Positions 29,950 through 39,806 are shown, numbered from the stretch's first letter. The stretch is 64,000 nt of DNA from Candidatus Campbellbacteria bacterium (GCA_002747955.1 PDQZ01000010.1:18931-82930), one strand, 5' to 3'. Program-made: numbers and translations. Notes: generated by a model from the sequence alone, not told the origin.

Positions 29950-30585
29950 ATGAAAACAACAGGACTTGATATAGTATCAAAAAGAATAACTAAATTAGAG
30001 AAAAAAGCTTTTGAAGAAATTTTGAAAAGCAAAAGAAAGTTAAAGATTTTAGATTTAGCATCAGGATCTTCTTTTTTTGGTTTGTCTTGTGTTTTTTTTG
30101 GTCAAAGAGTTTTTTTGTATGATAAAAAAATAAATCTAAATATTAAAATTATAAAAAAAATATTTAAATTAAAAAATCTAATTTACCAAAAACAAAATTT
30201 AAAAAAAATAAACTACAAAACTTTTCCAAAAAATATTGACATTGTTTATTGTTCTCGATTTTTGCATTACTTAAAATACAATCAAACAGAAAACTTTTTA
30301 AAAATTTTAAAAAAAACTTTAAACAATGAAGGAAAAATCTTTTTCTCCATTTCAGGAATAAATTCTGAATTATCAAAAGATTATGAGGATAAAGAAAAAA
30401 ACATTCAAGACAGATTTTCAAAATTAAGTTTTGAAAATCAAAAAAAATTTAAAATCAAACAAAAAGTATGTTTGTATTCTAAAAATGAAACAAAAGAACT
30501 TTTTGAAAAATATTTTAAAATTCAAGACATTTGGGAATCTGATTTCGGCAACATTTTTGTAATTGCAAAAAACAGGAAAAATTAA
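29950..30585 (+). CDS. Class I SAM-dependent methyltransferase (substrate unknown)
   Basis: Motif I ILDLASGSSFFGL. Small 211-aa Rossmann-type fold. Confidence 0.5.
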   Translation: MKTTGLDIVSKRITKLEKKAFEEILKSKRKLKILDLASGSSFFGLSCVFFGQRVFLYDKKINLNIKIIKKIFKLKNLIYQKQNLKKINYKTFPKNIDIVYCSRFLHYLKYNQTENFLKILKKTLNNEGKIFFSISGINSELSKDYEDKEKNIQDRFSKLSFENQKKFKIKQKVCLYSKNETKELFEKYFKIQDIWESDFGNIFVIAKNRKN

Positions 30586-30621
30586 AATTCTTATTTTTTA
30601 AAATTATGTTAAAATATGTTT

Positions 30622-32142
30622 ATGAAAAATAATAAAGTAATTTTAATTGTAAATGATGGTTGGGGAGTCCAAACAAAGAAAAAAAATGATGCTATTTTTA
30701 ATGCTAAAACACCATTTTTTGATTCTTTGTTACAGAAATATCCAAATATCCAAATCAAAGCATCAGGCCAAGAAGTCGGACTTCCAAGAGGCTATGCAGG
30801 AAATTCAGAAGTCGGACACATAACAATGGGATCAGGAAGGCAAATTGATCAATCTTTATTAAGAATCAACAAAGCTATAAAAAGCCAAGAGTTTTTAACA
30901 AATCCTACAATCTATAAATCAATTTTAAATGTCAAAAAAAACAATTCTACATTACATTTGGTTTGTTTAATGCAAAAAGCAGGAGTGCACGCTCATTTAG
31001 ACCATTTATACGAAACTTTAAGATATTGTAAAAAAGAAGGTTTAAATCACGACAATGTTTTATTGCACCTAATCACAGACGGGCGAGATGAAAACCCAGA
31101 AGAATCTTTAGAGTTTTTATCAGAAGTTAAAGAAACAATGGGGGAGTTAAAGGTTGGAAATGTTGCTACAATTTCAGGAAGATATTATGCAATGGACAGA
31201 AACAAAAAATACAACCGAACAAAATTATTTTACAACGCAGTTGTGTTTGGAAAATCTGAAAATATTTTTGAATGTGGAATTGAAGCTATTTTTGAAAATC
31301 ACAAAGACAAAATAACAGACGAGTATATCAAACCAATGATTAAAAAAGGATACAAAGGTTTACAAAAAAATGATTCTGTATTTTTCATCAACTTCAGAAA
31401 AGACCGAGCTCGACAATTCACAAATATGGTAACAGGACAAAAGGTAGAAGAAATAAAATATAAAAAAGCACCCAAACATTATTTTATTTCAACAACAAGA
31501 TATGACAAAGAAATGAAAACAGATGTTGTTTTTGAAAATATTATCCCACAAAATACATTAGGAGATATTTTAGAAGAAAATAAAAAATCTCAGCTAAGAA
31601 TTTCTGAAACCGAAAAATACGCTCACGTAACTTTCTTTTTTGATGGGGGAGTTGCTAAAAAACACAAAAATCGAAAAGATATTTTAATTCCATCTCCAAA
31701 TGTTGAAACTTATAATTTGCAACCTGAAATGAGTTCAGTTAAAGTAACCAAAGAAGTTGTTAAAAATATCAATACAAATAAATACGACTTCATAATTCTA
31801 AATTATCCAAACGCTGATATGGTAGGGCACACAGGGGACTTTGAGGCAACCAAGAAAGCTGTAGAAAGTATAGACCAAGCTTTAAAAGAAGTTGTTAAAA
31901 ATGGACTTAAAAATAACTATACAATTTTAATTACAGCTGATCACGGAAACGCAGAAAAGGTTTCTGAGAAATTTACAGCACATACCAAAAGTAAAGTCCC
32001 ATTTATTTTAATTAATAAAAAAAATGAATTTTCTTTAAATACTAAAAAGACTTTTGGGCTTTCAAACATTGCTCAAACTATTTTGAAAATTTTAGGTATT
32101 GAAGAAAACAAAAACTATAACTTGTCAATGTTGGATAAGTAG
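30622..32142 (+). CDS. gpmI: 2,3-bisphosphoglycerate-independent phosphoglycerate mutase
   Basis: NDGWGV, SEVGHITMGSGR, the phosphotransferase domain, and the C-terminal ADHGNAE metal-site motif. Confidence 0.85.
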   Translation: MKNNKVILIVNDGWGVQTKKKNDAIFNAKTPFFDSLLQKYPNIQIKASGQEVGLPRGYAGNSEVGHITMGSGRQIDQSLLRINKAIKSQEFLTNPTIYKSILNVKKNNSTLHLVCLMQKAGVHAHLDHLYETLRYCKKEGLNHDNVLLHLITDGRDENPEESLEFLSEVKETMGELKVGNVATISGRYYAMDRNKKYNRTKLFYNAVVFGKSENIFECGIEAIFENHKDKITDEYIKPMIKKGYKGLQKNDSVFFINFRKDRARQFTNMVTGQKVEEIKYKKAPKHYFISTTRYDKEMKTDVVFENIIPQNTLGDILEENKKSQLRISETEKYAHVTFFFDGGVAKKHKNRKDILIPSPNVETYNLQPEMSSVKVTKEVVKNINTNKYDFIILNYPNADMVGHTGDFEATKKAVESIDQALKEVVKNGLKNNYTILITADHGNAEKVSEKFTAHTKSKVPFILINKKNEFSLNTKKTFGLSNIAQTILKILGIEENKNYNLSMLDK

Positions 32143-32178
32143 TTTTAAAATTTTAAATAATAATGTTACAATAAAAAT

Positions 32179-32622
32179 ATGAGATACGAAGTACCACAAT
32201 TTATCGATATTGAAGATAAAATTTTCGGACCATTAACTTTCAAGCAAGCCTTGTATATTGCAGGTTCGGCAGGACTTTCTTTTATGATTTATTATGGAAT
32301 TGAAAAGTTCGTACCTGTGGATTTGGGTGGAATAGTTAAGTTGATATTTGCTTCACCGCCTTTAGCAATCGGACTTGCTTTTGCTTTTATAAAGGTAAAC
32401 AAAAGACCTTTTATTAAATATGTTGAGGCTTTATTTTACTTTTTTGTAAAACCCAAAAGATATGTTTGGAGCAAAAAACAACATAATAAAAGTGAAAAAA
32501 AAGATATTGTAAAAAAACAAGAATTAGAAAGTGCTAGAATTGATAAGCAATATGTTCCAAATATTACAAGATCTAAATTGAAAGATTTAGCATGGACACT
32601 TGATATGGATACTGAAAAATAA
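32179..32622 (+). CDS. PrgI-family (VirB3-like) membrane protein of a type-IV-secretion-like apparatus
   Basis: 147 aa. N-terminal conserved stretch PQFIDIEDKIFGPLTFKQALYIAGSAG followed by two TM helices. Sits immediately upstream of the VirB4 homolog. Confidence 0.55.
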   Translation: MRYEVPQFIDIEDKIFGPLTFKQALYIAGSAGLSFMIYYGIEKFVPVDLGGIVKLIFASPPLAIGLAFAFIKVNKRPFIKYVEALFYFFVKPKRYVWSKKQHNKSEKKDIVKKQELESARIDKQYVPNITRSKLKDLAWTLDMDTEK

Positions 32623-32637
32623 AATAATATAATCAAT

Positions 32638-33324
32638 ATGAATAATAGTAGACAAAATATTAATAGTAAAAAAGGAATTGGTTCATCTCAAGACTTTGTT
32701 CCGATTAGAGAAATTAAAGATGGTTTTGTTGTTTTAGACGATGGAACTTTGGTTTCTGTTTCTTTAGTAACATCTATCAACTTATCTTTGAAATCACAAG
32801 AAGAGCAAGCATCGGTTATTGCTTCTTTTCAAGCATTTATCAATTTACTTGAATTTCCAGTTCAAATTTCTATTCAATCAAGAAAACTTGATATCAACCC
32901 TTATTTGGATTTGCTTGAACAAAGACTGAAAGAACAAACAATTGAAATTATTAAATTACAAACAATCGAATACATAGGCTTTATTAAAAACTTTACAGAC
33001 GCTATCAACATTATGGATAAGCAGTTCTTTTTAGTTGTTTCTTACAAGCCTATAACAATTGATACTTCTAAAAAAGGTTTCTTGTCAATGATTGGGGGTG
33101 AAAAGAAAACAGAAGATGAAAAACAAAAACAATCAAGAATGGTTTTTGAAGAAGCAAAATCACAGCTTGAACAAAGAGTGGGACTTTTAACATCTGGACT
33201 TTCAAGAACGGGTGTAAAAATCAAAAAACTTGATACTGAAGCTGCTTTGGAGGTATTTTATTCAACATTCAATCCGACAAGTAAGTTTACAGCTAAGGCG
33301 AATGGAGATAATATAAAGTATTAA
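32638..33324 (+). CDS. VirB4-type ATPase, N-terminal domain encoded as a separate ORF
   Basis: Signature VirB4/TraE N-terminus: FVPIREIKDGFVVLDDGTLVSVSLVTSINLSLKSQEEQASVIASFQAFINLLEFPVQISIQS. It ends in TAA TAA TAA and is in the same frame as the next ORF. Confidence 0.6.
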   Translation: MNNSRQNINSKKGIGSSQDFVPIREIKDGFVVLDDGTLVSVSLVTSINLSLKSQEEQASVIASFQAFINLLEFPVQISIQSRKLDINPYLDLLEQRLKEQTIEIIKLQTIEYIGFIKNFTDAINIMDKQFFLVVSYKPITIDTSKKGFLSMIGGEKKTEDEKQKQSRMVFEEAKSQLEQRVGLLTSGLSRTGVKIKKLDTEAALEVFYSTFNPTSKFTAKANGDNIKY

Positions 33325-33345
33325 TAATAATTTAACAAAAATAAT

Positions 33346-35148
33346 ATGGGATTTTTTAATTTTGGAAAAAAAGAAAACAATAAAAATAATATAGAAGTAA
33401 CTCAGATTTTACCTCAGGAAATATACAAATCAGCGGTTTTGGATTTGAAAGACATTATCGCTCCATCAGCTTTAGATATTAAATCAAAATATTTAGATTT
33501 AGGAGATATTTTATCAAGAACATTTTTCATTATTTCATACCCAAAATTTTTATCAGATGGGTGGTTTTCACAAGTAATTAACTTAGATAAAGAGTTTGAT
33601 ATTTCAATTTTTATAAATCCACTTGAATCAGAAAGAGCTTTAAAAAATCTACAAAAAAAAATCGCCGAAGTTCAAAGTCAAATTATGGATAGAGAGAGAA
33701 AAGGTCTCGTGCGTGACCCAGCCCTTGATGCTGCTTATTTAAATATTGAAAAACTGCGTGACAAACTTCAGCAATCAACTGAAAAACTATATTCTATCGG
33801 TATTTACATTACTGTTTACGGAGAAAATGAAAAGGAACTTGATAAAGTAGAAACAGAAATCAAATCAATTTTAGAATCAAAACTAATTTACGTTCGACCC
33901 GCTGTTTTTCAACAAGCAGAAGGTTTTAAAACAACTTTGCCTTTAAATAAAGATTTATTAAATGTTACTTCAAAATTAAACTCAGAGCCATTAGCTTCAA
34001 TTTTTCCATTTGTTTCATTTAACCTAACATCCGACAATGGTATTTTATATGGAGTCAACAGGCACAACTCTTCTTTGATTTTGTTTGATAGATTTTCACT
34101 TCCAAACTACAACTCTGTGACTTTTGCTACTTCTGGTGCTGGTAAATCTTACACAACTAAACTTGAAATTCTAAGAACTTTAATGTTCGACACAGATGTA
34201 ATTATCATTGACCCTGAACGAGAATATGAATATTTAGCAGAAGCTGTTGATGGTCGATACTTCAATATTTCACTTTCTTCATCTCACCACATCAATCCAT
34301 TCGACTTGCCACCAGTAGGTCCAGAAGATGACCCTCAGTCAATTTTAAGAAACCAAATTGTTTCTTTGGTTGGTTTTTTCAGAATTATTTTTGGAGGTAT
34401 GTCTCCTGAAGAAGACGCTATGGTCGATCGAGCTTTGACCGAAACTTACGCTTTGAAAGATATTACTCCAGAAGTTGATTTTTCAGATATCGAACCACCT
34501 TTGTTGTCTGACTTTGAAATGGTTTTGTCAGGAACAGAAGGTTCTTCAACTTTAGTTTCAAAACTTTCAAAATACATTCGGGGTTCTTGGGCTGGATTTT
34601 TAAACAAGCCTTCAAATGTTGATATGGATAAAAAGGTAACAGTTTTTTCTATTCGTGATATGGAAGAAGACTTGCGTCCAGTTGCCATGTACTTGATTAC
34701 TCATCACATTTGGAACTCTGTAAGACGAAATTTGAAAAAAAGACTTCTGGTAATCGATGAAGCTTGGACCATGATGAAATCAGAAGATGCCGCATTTTTC
34801 TTGTTTGGTATGGCAAAAAGAGGCCGAAAATACTACTTAGGGCTTTCAACAATTACTCAAGATGTGGGAGACTTTTTGGGATCTGAATACGGAGTACCAA
34901 TTATTACAAACTCGTCTATGCAGATTTTGTTAAAACAATCTCCGACAACAATCGACAGGCTTCAAGAAGTTTTTAACTTAACCGAAGAAGAAAAAATGCT
35001 TCTGCTTGATGCAAATGTAGGAGAGGGAATTTTCTTTGCTGGAACAAAACACGCTGCAATCAAAGTTATTGCATCTTATACAGAAGACCAAATTATTACA
35101 TCTGACCCATCGCAGATTTTAGCTTTAAGGAAAAAAGGAATTCAATAA
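33346..35148 (+). CDS. VirB4/TrbE/CagE-family conjugal-transfer-type ATPase (ATPase core)
   Basis: Walker A FATSGAGKSYTTK and Walker B RLLVIDEAWTMM, with a conserved C-terminal region GLSTITQDVGDF. Confidence 0.85.
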   Translation: MGFFNFGKKENNKNNIEVTQILPQEIYKSAVLDLKDIIAPSALDIKSKYLDLGDILSRTFFIISYPKFLSDGWFSQVINLDKEFDISIFINPLESERALKNLQKKIAEVQSQIMDRERKGLVRDPALDAAYLNIEKLRDKLQQSTEKLYSIGIYITVYGENEKELDKVETEIKSILESKLIYVRPAVFQQAEGFKTTLPLNKDLLNVTSKLNSEPLASIFPFVSFNLTSDNGILYGVNRHNSSLILFDRFSLPNYNSVTFATSGAGKSYTTKLEILRTLMFDTDVIIIDPEREYEYLAEAVDGRYFNISLSSSHHINPFDLPPVGPEDDPQSILRNQIVSLVGFFRIIFGGMSPEEDAMVDRALTETYALKDITPEVDFSDIEPPLLSDFEMVLSGTEGSSTLVSKLSKYIRGSWAGFLNKPSNVDMDKKVTVFSIRDMEEDLRPVAMYLITHHIWNSVRRNLKKRLLVIDEAWTMMKSEDAAFFLFGMAKRGRKYYLGLSTITQDVGDFLGSEYGVPIITNSSMQILLKQSPTTIDRLQEVFNLTEEEKMLLLDANVGEGIFFAGTKHAAIKVIASYTEDQIITSDPSQILALRKKGIQ

Positions 35149-35181
35149 AATTAAAAATATGGTATAATAAAAATAAAAAAT

Positions 35182-35826
35182 ATGTCTATTATTAAACAAG
35201 AAAGTCAAAGAGTTGCAATCTTTATAGATGCTCAGAATTTATATCATACAGCGCGTAATTTATATAACAGTAATGTAAATTTTAAAAGCATTTTAGAAGA
35301 TACTTTACAAAATCGTAAGTTGATCAAAGCAGTGGCTTATGTTATAACAACAGAAAGCAAAGAAGAATCAAACTTTTTTGATGCTTTAGAAAAAGCAGGT
35401 ATCGAAACAAAGTCAAAAGATTTGCAAATTTTTTATGACGGAAACAAAAAAGCAGACTGGGATGTAGGTATTGCAGTTGATGCTATTAGACTTTCACCAA
35501 AAGTTGATGCTGTTATTTTAGTTTCAGGAGATGGAGATTTTATTCCACTCGTTGAATATTTAAAATTTCATTCAGGTTGTCAGGTTGAATGTGCAACCTT
35601 TAAAGAATCAGCCTCATCTGGACTTTTAAATGTTGTGGACGATTTTATTGATTTGTCTGAAAACAAAAAAAGATATATTATTCCTACTTCAAAAAACTTT
35701 AAAAAATACAAAAAGAAAAACAATCAGAAAAAAGAAAAACAGAAAAATATTCAAAAAGTTAAATTAAAAAAAGAAAATCAAAAGCCAAATTTGAAACAAA
35801 GAAAGAAACCGAATAATAAAAAATAA
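35182..35826 (+). CDS. NYN-domain (LabA-like, PIN-related) putative nuclease with a Lys-rich C-terminal tail
   Basis: VAIFIDAQNLYHTARNL...VSGDGDFIPLVEYLK, carrying acidic residues typical of the NYN fold. Basic tail KKYKKKNNQKKEKQKN... Confidence 0.65.
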   Translation: MSIIKQESQRVAIFIDAQNLYHTARNLYNSNVNFKSILEDTLQNRKLIKAVAYVITTESKEESNFFDALEKAGIETKSKDLQIFYDGNKKADWDVGIAVDAIRLSPKVDAVILVSGDGDFIPLVEYLKFHSGCQVECATFKESASSGLLNVVDDFIDLSENKKRYIIPTSKNFKKYKKKNNQKKEKQKNIQKVKLKKENQKPNLKQRKKPNNKK

Positions 35827-35828
35827 TT

Positions 35829-36746
35829 ATGCCAGAAGAAAAAAATAACAGAATAAACACATCAGATGTTAAAGAAAATTTAAATCAAAAAGATAATAAC
35901 TTCAAAAAAAGAAGTAATGTGAAAACTTACAGGGATTTTGCCGTCTCTGCTTTAAAAGACAAACCTACTTCTTTAGCAAAAATGGTAATTGAAGAAAAGA
36001 AAAAACAAGAATTTGAATACCAAACTTCAACAAAAAACCCAAAAAACATGTTTTTAATCATTATTTCTTCTGTATTGGTGGTGTTGGGTGTAATAGCAGT
36101 TGCTGTTGCTTTAATATTTACAACTACAAAAATATCGCAAAACAAAGAAAACAGTTTACCACTTGAACCACAATCTCTTATTTATTTTGATTATAAAAAA
36201 GAAATTTTCTTGGAAAAATTAGATAGAGAAAATATTTTACAAATTACCAAAAACAGTATTCATGAAACTCAAATACCAATTGGAGATATAAAACTTGAGT
36301 ATTTTGTTAAAATGAATAAATATGATAAAAAAACATTAGTTACTGCAAAAGAGTTTATAAAAGCTATGGATACAAGGGTTTCTGTTCAATTTATTAAAAA
36401 TTTGAATGATCAATTCAGTTACGGAATTTATTCACACATAGAAGGTAATCGACCATTTTTAGTTTTACGTTTTACAGATATTGATTCTGTGTATACAAAC
36501 TTATTATCTTGGGAAAAAATGATTATTTCTGATTTGGGATCTTTGTTTAATATAAATAGAGTTTTCTATTCAAGACCTTTTGTTGATCTAACTTTACATA
36601 ACAAGGATGCTCGAGTTATTATGAATGGAAAAGGTGAGGTTGTATTTGGATATTCATTTATTGATTTAAATCACTTAGTATTCTTCACAAATTCAGATCA
36701 GTTCAACAAAATCATAGGTTTCTTTAATAATTATCAAAAGAAATAA
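35829..36746 (+). CDS. Membrane-anchored hypothetical protein (single TM, large extracytoplasmic domain)
   Basis: 305 aa with a TM helix FLIIISSVLVVLGVIAVAVALIF. Translationally coupled to the NYN gene (stop and start 2 nt apart). A terminator hairpin aaagcgtgcagccttcggctgcacgctttt follows. Confidence 0.5.
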   Translation: MPEEKNNRINTSDVKENLNQKDNNFKKRSNVKTYRDFAVSALKDKPTSLAKMVIEEKKKQEFEYQTSTKNPKNMFLIIISSVLVVLGVIAVAVALIFTTTKISQNKENSLPLEPQSLIYFDYKKEIFLEKLDRENILQITKNSIHETQIPIGDIKLEYFVKMNKYDKKTLVTAKEFIKAMDTRVSVQFIKNLNDQFSYGIYSHIEGNRPFLVLRFTDIDSVYTNLLSWEKMIISDLGSLFNINRVFYSRPFVDLTLHNKDARVIMNGKGEVVFGYSFIDLNHLVFFTNSDQFNKIIGFFNNYQKK

Positions 36747-36830
36747 AACAAAAAAGCGTGCAGCCTTCGGCTGCACGCTTTTCTAAATTCAAATTTTTCT
36801 AAAACTTCAAAAAATGTTATAATACAAAAG

Positions 36831-37085
36831 ATGTTAAAAAGAATTTTTCTAAATATAATTTTTATTTTTTCTTTATACTTTTTGCCTTGGTGGGCAGTTT
36901 TACCTTTACTTATTTTTTTGGTTTTCTATTTAGAATTTTTCGTAGAAGCTTTATTTTATGCTTTATATTTAGACTTTTTATTCTCAAAACCATTTCAAAA
37001 CATTTGGGATTTTAACTTTTTCTACTTTGTAGGCGTTTTAATTTTGCTTTTCTTTTCAATTTACCTTAAAAATAAAACTTTATAA
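36831..37085 (+). CDS. Small hydrophobic membrane protein
   Basis: 84 aa with two TM segments, immediately upstream of the PBP gene. Confidence 0.35.
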   Translation: MLKRIFLNIIFIFSLYFLPWWAVLPLLIFLVFYLEFFVEALFYALYLDFLFSKPFQNIWDFNFFYFVGVLILLFFSIYLKNKTL

Positions 37086-37088
37086 TCT

Positions 37089-38795
37089 ATGAAAAATAAT
37101 TTTAAAAAAAGAAAAAGAAGCTTTTTAAAAAAGAAAAAAGACAATTTTAACATTGACACTGCTTTTTTGAATACTAAAAATATTTCAAATCTAGATACTC
37201 AGAAATTTGAAGGAGTGCTTGAAAAACCATTGGGTTTAAAAAGTTTTGTTTATTTCTTTTTGGTATGTTTACTTGTTTCTTTACTTTTTATTTCAAAAAC
37301 TTTTTATATGCAAATTGTAAAAGGGGACGAATACTTAAAAAAATCAATTGCAAACTATCATCGTGAATATGTTTTGTTTTCAAAAAGGGGAATTATTTTT
37401 GACAGAAATGGTAAAGAACTTGTTTGGAACGAAGAAAAAGAAAATGCAGAATTTCCCAAAAGGGCATATATCAAACAAGAAGGTTTCTCACATCTTTTAG
37501 GTTTTTTGTCATATCCTCAAAAAGACAAAAGTGGAAAATATTTTGAAAAAGAATATATTGGTAAAGGTGGAATTGAAAAATATTTCAACCAAACTTTAAA
37601 CGGAAAACTTGGAAAAATTATTTTACAAGTAAACTCTGTTGGAGAAATTGTTTCAGACAATGTTATTTCAGAATCAGAAGATGGGCAAAATTTAACTTTA
37701 ACGATTGACAAAAACATTCAAGAGCAAATGTTTCAAGCTTTGAAAACTTATGTCCAAGAAAATGGCTTTGTGGGTGGGGCAGCTTCGATTATGAACGTTC
37801 AAAACGGTCAAGTTTTGGGTATGGTTTCTTTTCCAGAATATTCTTCTGAAATACTTTCAGAAGCAAAAGACAAAGAAACTATCAAAACTTATCTTTACGA
37901 CAAAGGAAAACCTTTCTTAAACAAAGCAGTTTACGGAGAATTTACTCCGGGTTCTGTTGTAAAGCCTTTTATAGCCATCGCTGCACTCGAAAATGACATA
38001 ATCAGCCCTTACACAAAAGTTTTCACAAACGGAAAACTTGTAATTCCTAACAAATGGAACCCAAACAACCCATCTGTTTTTCGTGACTGGAGAAACCAGG
38101 GAACAGTAGACATGTTTGACGCTATTGCTTGGTCTTCAAACGTTTACTTTTATAGAATTGGTGGAGGATATTTAAACGAATTTAAAGGTCTTGGAATTAA
38201 GCTGATTGAAGAGAATTTGGCTTTGTTTGGTTTTGGTTCAAAAACTGAAATTGAAGGTTTTGCTGAAAAAAAAGGACTTTTACCTTCACCTGAATGGAAA
38301 AAGAAAGCCTTCAAAAACAGCCCTTGGAATGTTGGTAACACTTATTATACATCAATAGGGCAGTTTGGCTTTTTAACAACTCCTATGCAGGTTTTAGTGG
38401 GAATATCAGCCATTGCAAACGACGGTGAAGTTTTAAAACCTAAAATTTTGTTAAATTCAGAAAAAGAAGTTAAAACTGTTTTGGCATACAAAAAAAAGAA
38501 TTTTGATGTAATCAAAAAAGCTATGAGACAAACAACAACTTCAGGTACAACTCAAGCTTTAAATTTAGATTTTGTTCAAATCGCATCAAAGTCAGGTTCA
38601 GCCCAGATTAAAGGACGAACCAAAATGAACTCTTGGGTGGTTGGATTTTTCCCTTATGATAAACCAAAATATGCTTTTGTCTTTTTAGCAGAAAACGGAC
38701 CTAAAGATACAAAAAAGTCAGTAGCACACGCAGCAAAAGTATTTTTTGAATCAATCTATCAAAACGAAGAAACAAAGAAATATTTTGAAGAATAA
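37089..38795 (+). CDS. mrdA: Penicillin-binding protein 2-type peptidoglycan D,D-transpeptidase
   Basis: N-terminal TM anchor, dimerisation domain, and transpeptidase motifs SVVKP (SxxK), SSN (WSSNVYF) and KSGS (KTG variant). Confidence 0.8.
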   Translation: MKNNFKKRKRSFLKKKKDNFNIDTAFLNTKNISNLDTQKFEGVLEKPLGLKSFVYFFLVCLLVSLLFISKTFYMQIVKGDEYLKKSIANYHREYVLFSKRGIIFDRNGKELVWNEEKENAEFPKRAYIKQEGFSHLLGFLSYPQKDKSGKYFEKEYIGKGGIEKYFNQTLNGKLGKIILQVNSVGEIVSDNVISESEDGQNLTLTIDKNIQEQMFQALKTYVQENGFVGGAASIMNVQNGQVLGMVSFPEYSSEILSEAKDKETIKTYLYDKGKPFLNKAVYGEFTPGSVVKPFIAIAALENDIISPYTKVFTNGKLVIPNKWNPNNPSVFRDWRNQGTVDMFDAIAWSSNVYFYRIGGGYLNEFKGLGIKLIEENLALFGFGSKTEIEGFAEKKGLLPSPEWKKKAFKNSPWNVGNTYYTSIGQFGFLTTPMQVLVGISAIANDGEVLKPKILLNSEKEVKTVLAYKKKNFDVIKKAMRQTTTSGTTQALNLDFVQIASKSGSAQIKGRTKMNSWVVGFFPYDKPKYAFVFLAENGPKDTKKSVAHAAKVFFESIYQNEETKKYFEE

Positions 38796-38805
38796 TTTTT
38801 TAAAA

Positions 38806-38890
38806 AGCCCGAAATTTTTTGTTTTTGAAAGTAAAAGTTGAAAGGCTCCGCCTTTCAACTTTTACTTTCAAAAACAAAAAATTTCGGGCT
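38806..38890. repeat. 85-bp perfect palindrome (40-bp arms, 5-nt loop) between convergent genes
   Basis: agcccgaaattttttgtttttgaaagtaaaagttgaaagg-ctccg-cctttcaacttttactttcaaaaacaaaaaatttcgggct. The arms are exact reverse complements. Confidence 0.85.
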
Positions 38891-38949
38891 TCTCCAACTC
38901 CAAAACAAAAAAGCAGTCACTGGTACAGCAACTGCCTTAAATTTTTTAC

Positions 38950-39300
38950 TTAACTATTCCAAGCTACAATTTTAAAGTCTGGATATAGCTTCCCAACAAT
39001 TTTTCCTATGTACTCATTGTCAGTACGACCATACCTTGACGATCTACCATTAACAAAAATTTTAGGAGTGATTTGTATGGCGATTTCGCCACCACCAATA
39101 ACCTTAAATTCTTTTTCGTATTTTTCTTGAGCAAATTTGACAATATCTTCATGATATTCATATTCTTGCAAGCTTAATGAAACAAGATATTCACTCCCTT
39201 GTTCATCTTTGAGATGAACAAATTTACCATATCCACCAGTTTTTTTAAGGTTGATAAAGACTGAAACTCCATCAACCATTTTTTCTACAATATCACTCAT
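38950..39300 (-). CDS. Small cytoplasmic protein, paralog 1 of a tandem pair (function unknown)
   Basis: 116 aa. VEKMVDGVSVFINLKKTGGYGKFVHLKDEQGSEYLVSL aligns with paralog 2. RBS aaaaaaggagaaaaacaATG. Confidence 0.6.
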   Translation of the reverse strand: MSDIVEKMVDGVSVFINLKKTGGYGKFVHLKDEQGSEYLVSLSLQEYEYHEDIVKFAQEKYEKEFKVIGGGEIAIQITPKIFVNGRSSRYGRTDNEYIGKIVGKLYPDFKIVAWNS

Positions 39301-39338
39301 TGTTTTTCTCCTTTTTTGTTTTAAGAATAAGTTATAAA

Positions 39339-39367
39339 ATTATAATATTTAAAAACCTATTTGTCAA
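39339..39367 (-). promoter_or_regulatory. Consensus sigma-70 promoter TTGACA-N17-TATAAT driving paralog 1
   Basis: On the - strand: TTGACA at 39367..39362, a 17-nt spacer, then TATAAT at 39344..39339. Confidence 0.6.
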
Positions 39368-39435
39368 TTATTTTTCTGTAAAATAAAAAAGCAGCCACTG
39401 GTGTAGCGACTGCTTTAAATTTTTTACCAAAATCT

Positions 39436-39768
39436 TTACATGGTTACCCGAACATATTTATGGGGTAAAACTTCTTGAAATGTTTTTATAATTTGACCCA
39501 AGTCCGTGTCTCCAATCATCTCACTTATGGAAAATGTAATTCCATAGCACCAAAACAAACCTTCGCATAAGACTGTAAGTCTCTTACCGTATTTTTTTTC
39601 GGAAAAGTTTACAGCATACTTATGAGTATAACAATCTATGTTTGGCAACGAAGTTAAGTAGCTATTGCCCTCATCGTCCTTAGCATAAATGAATTTTCCT
39701 TGATCGTTGTCGAAACAACAATCAATAAAAAAATTCACCCCATCAACTTTTTTTTCTACTACAGACAT
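39436..39768 (-). CDS. Small cytoplasmic protein, paralog 2 of the tandem pair (function unknown)
   Basis: VEKKVDGVNFFIDCCFDNDQGKFIYAKDDEGNSYLTSL. The likely start is the second ATG (MSVVEKK...), given the paralog alignment. The tracked ORF starts at 39780. Confidence 0.55.
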   Translation of the reverse strand: MSVVEKKVDGVNFFIDCCFDNDQGKFIYAKDDEGNSYLTSLPNIDCYTHKYAVNFSEKKYGKRLTVLCEGLFWCYGITFSISEMIGDTDLGQIIKTFQEVLPHKYVRVTM

Positions 39769-39806
39769 AACTTTCTCCATTTTTTGTTTAAAGAATAAGT
39801 TATAAA

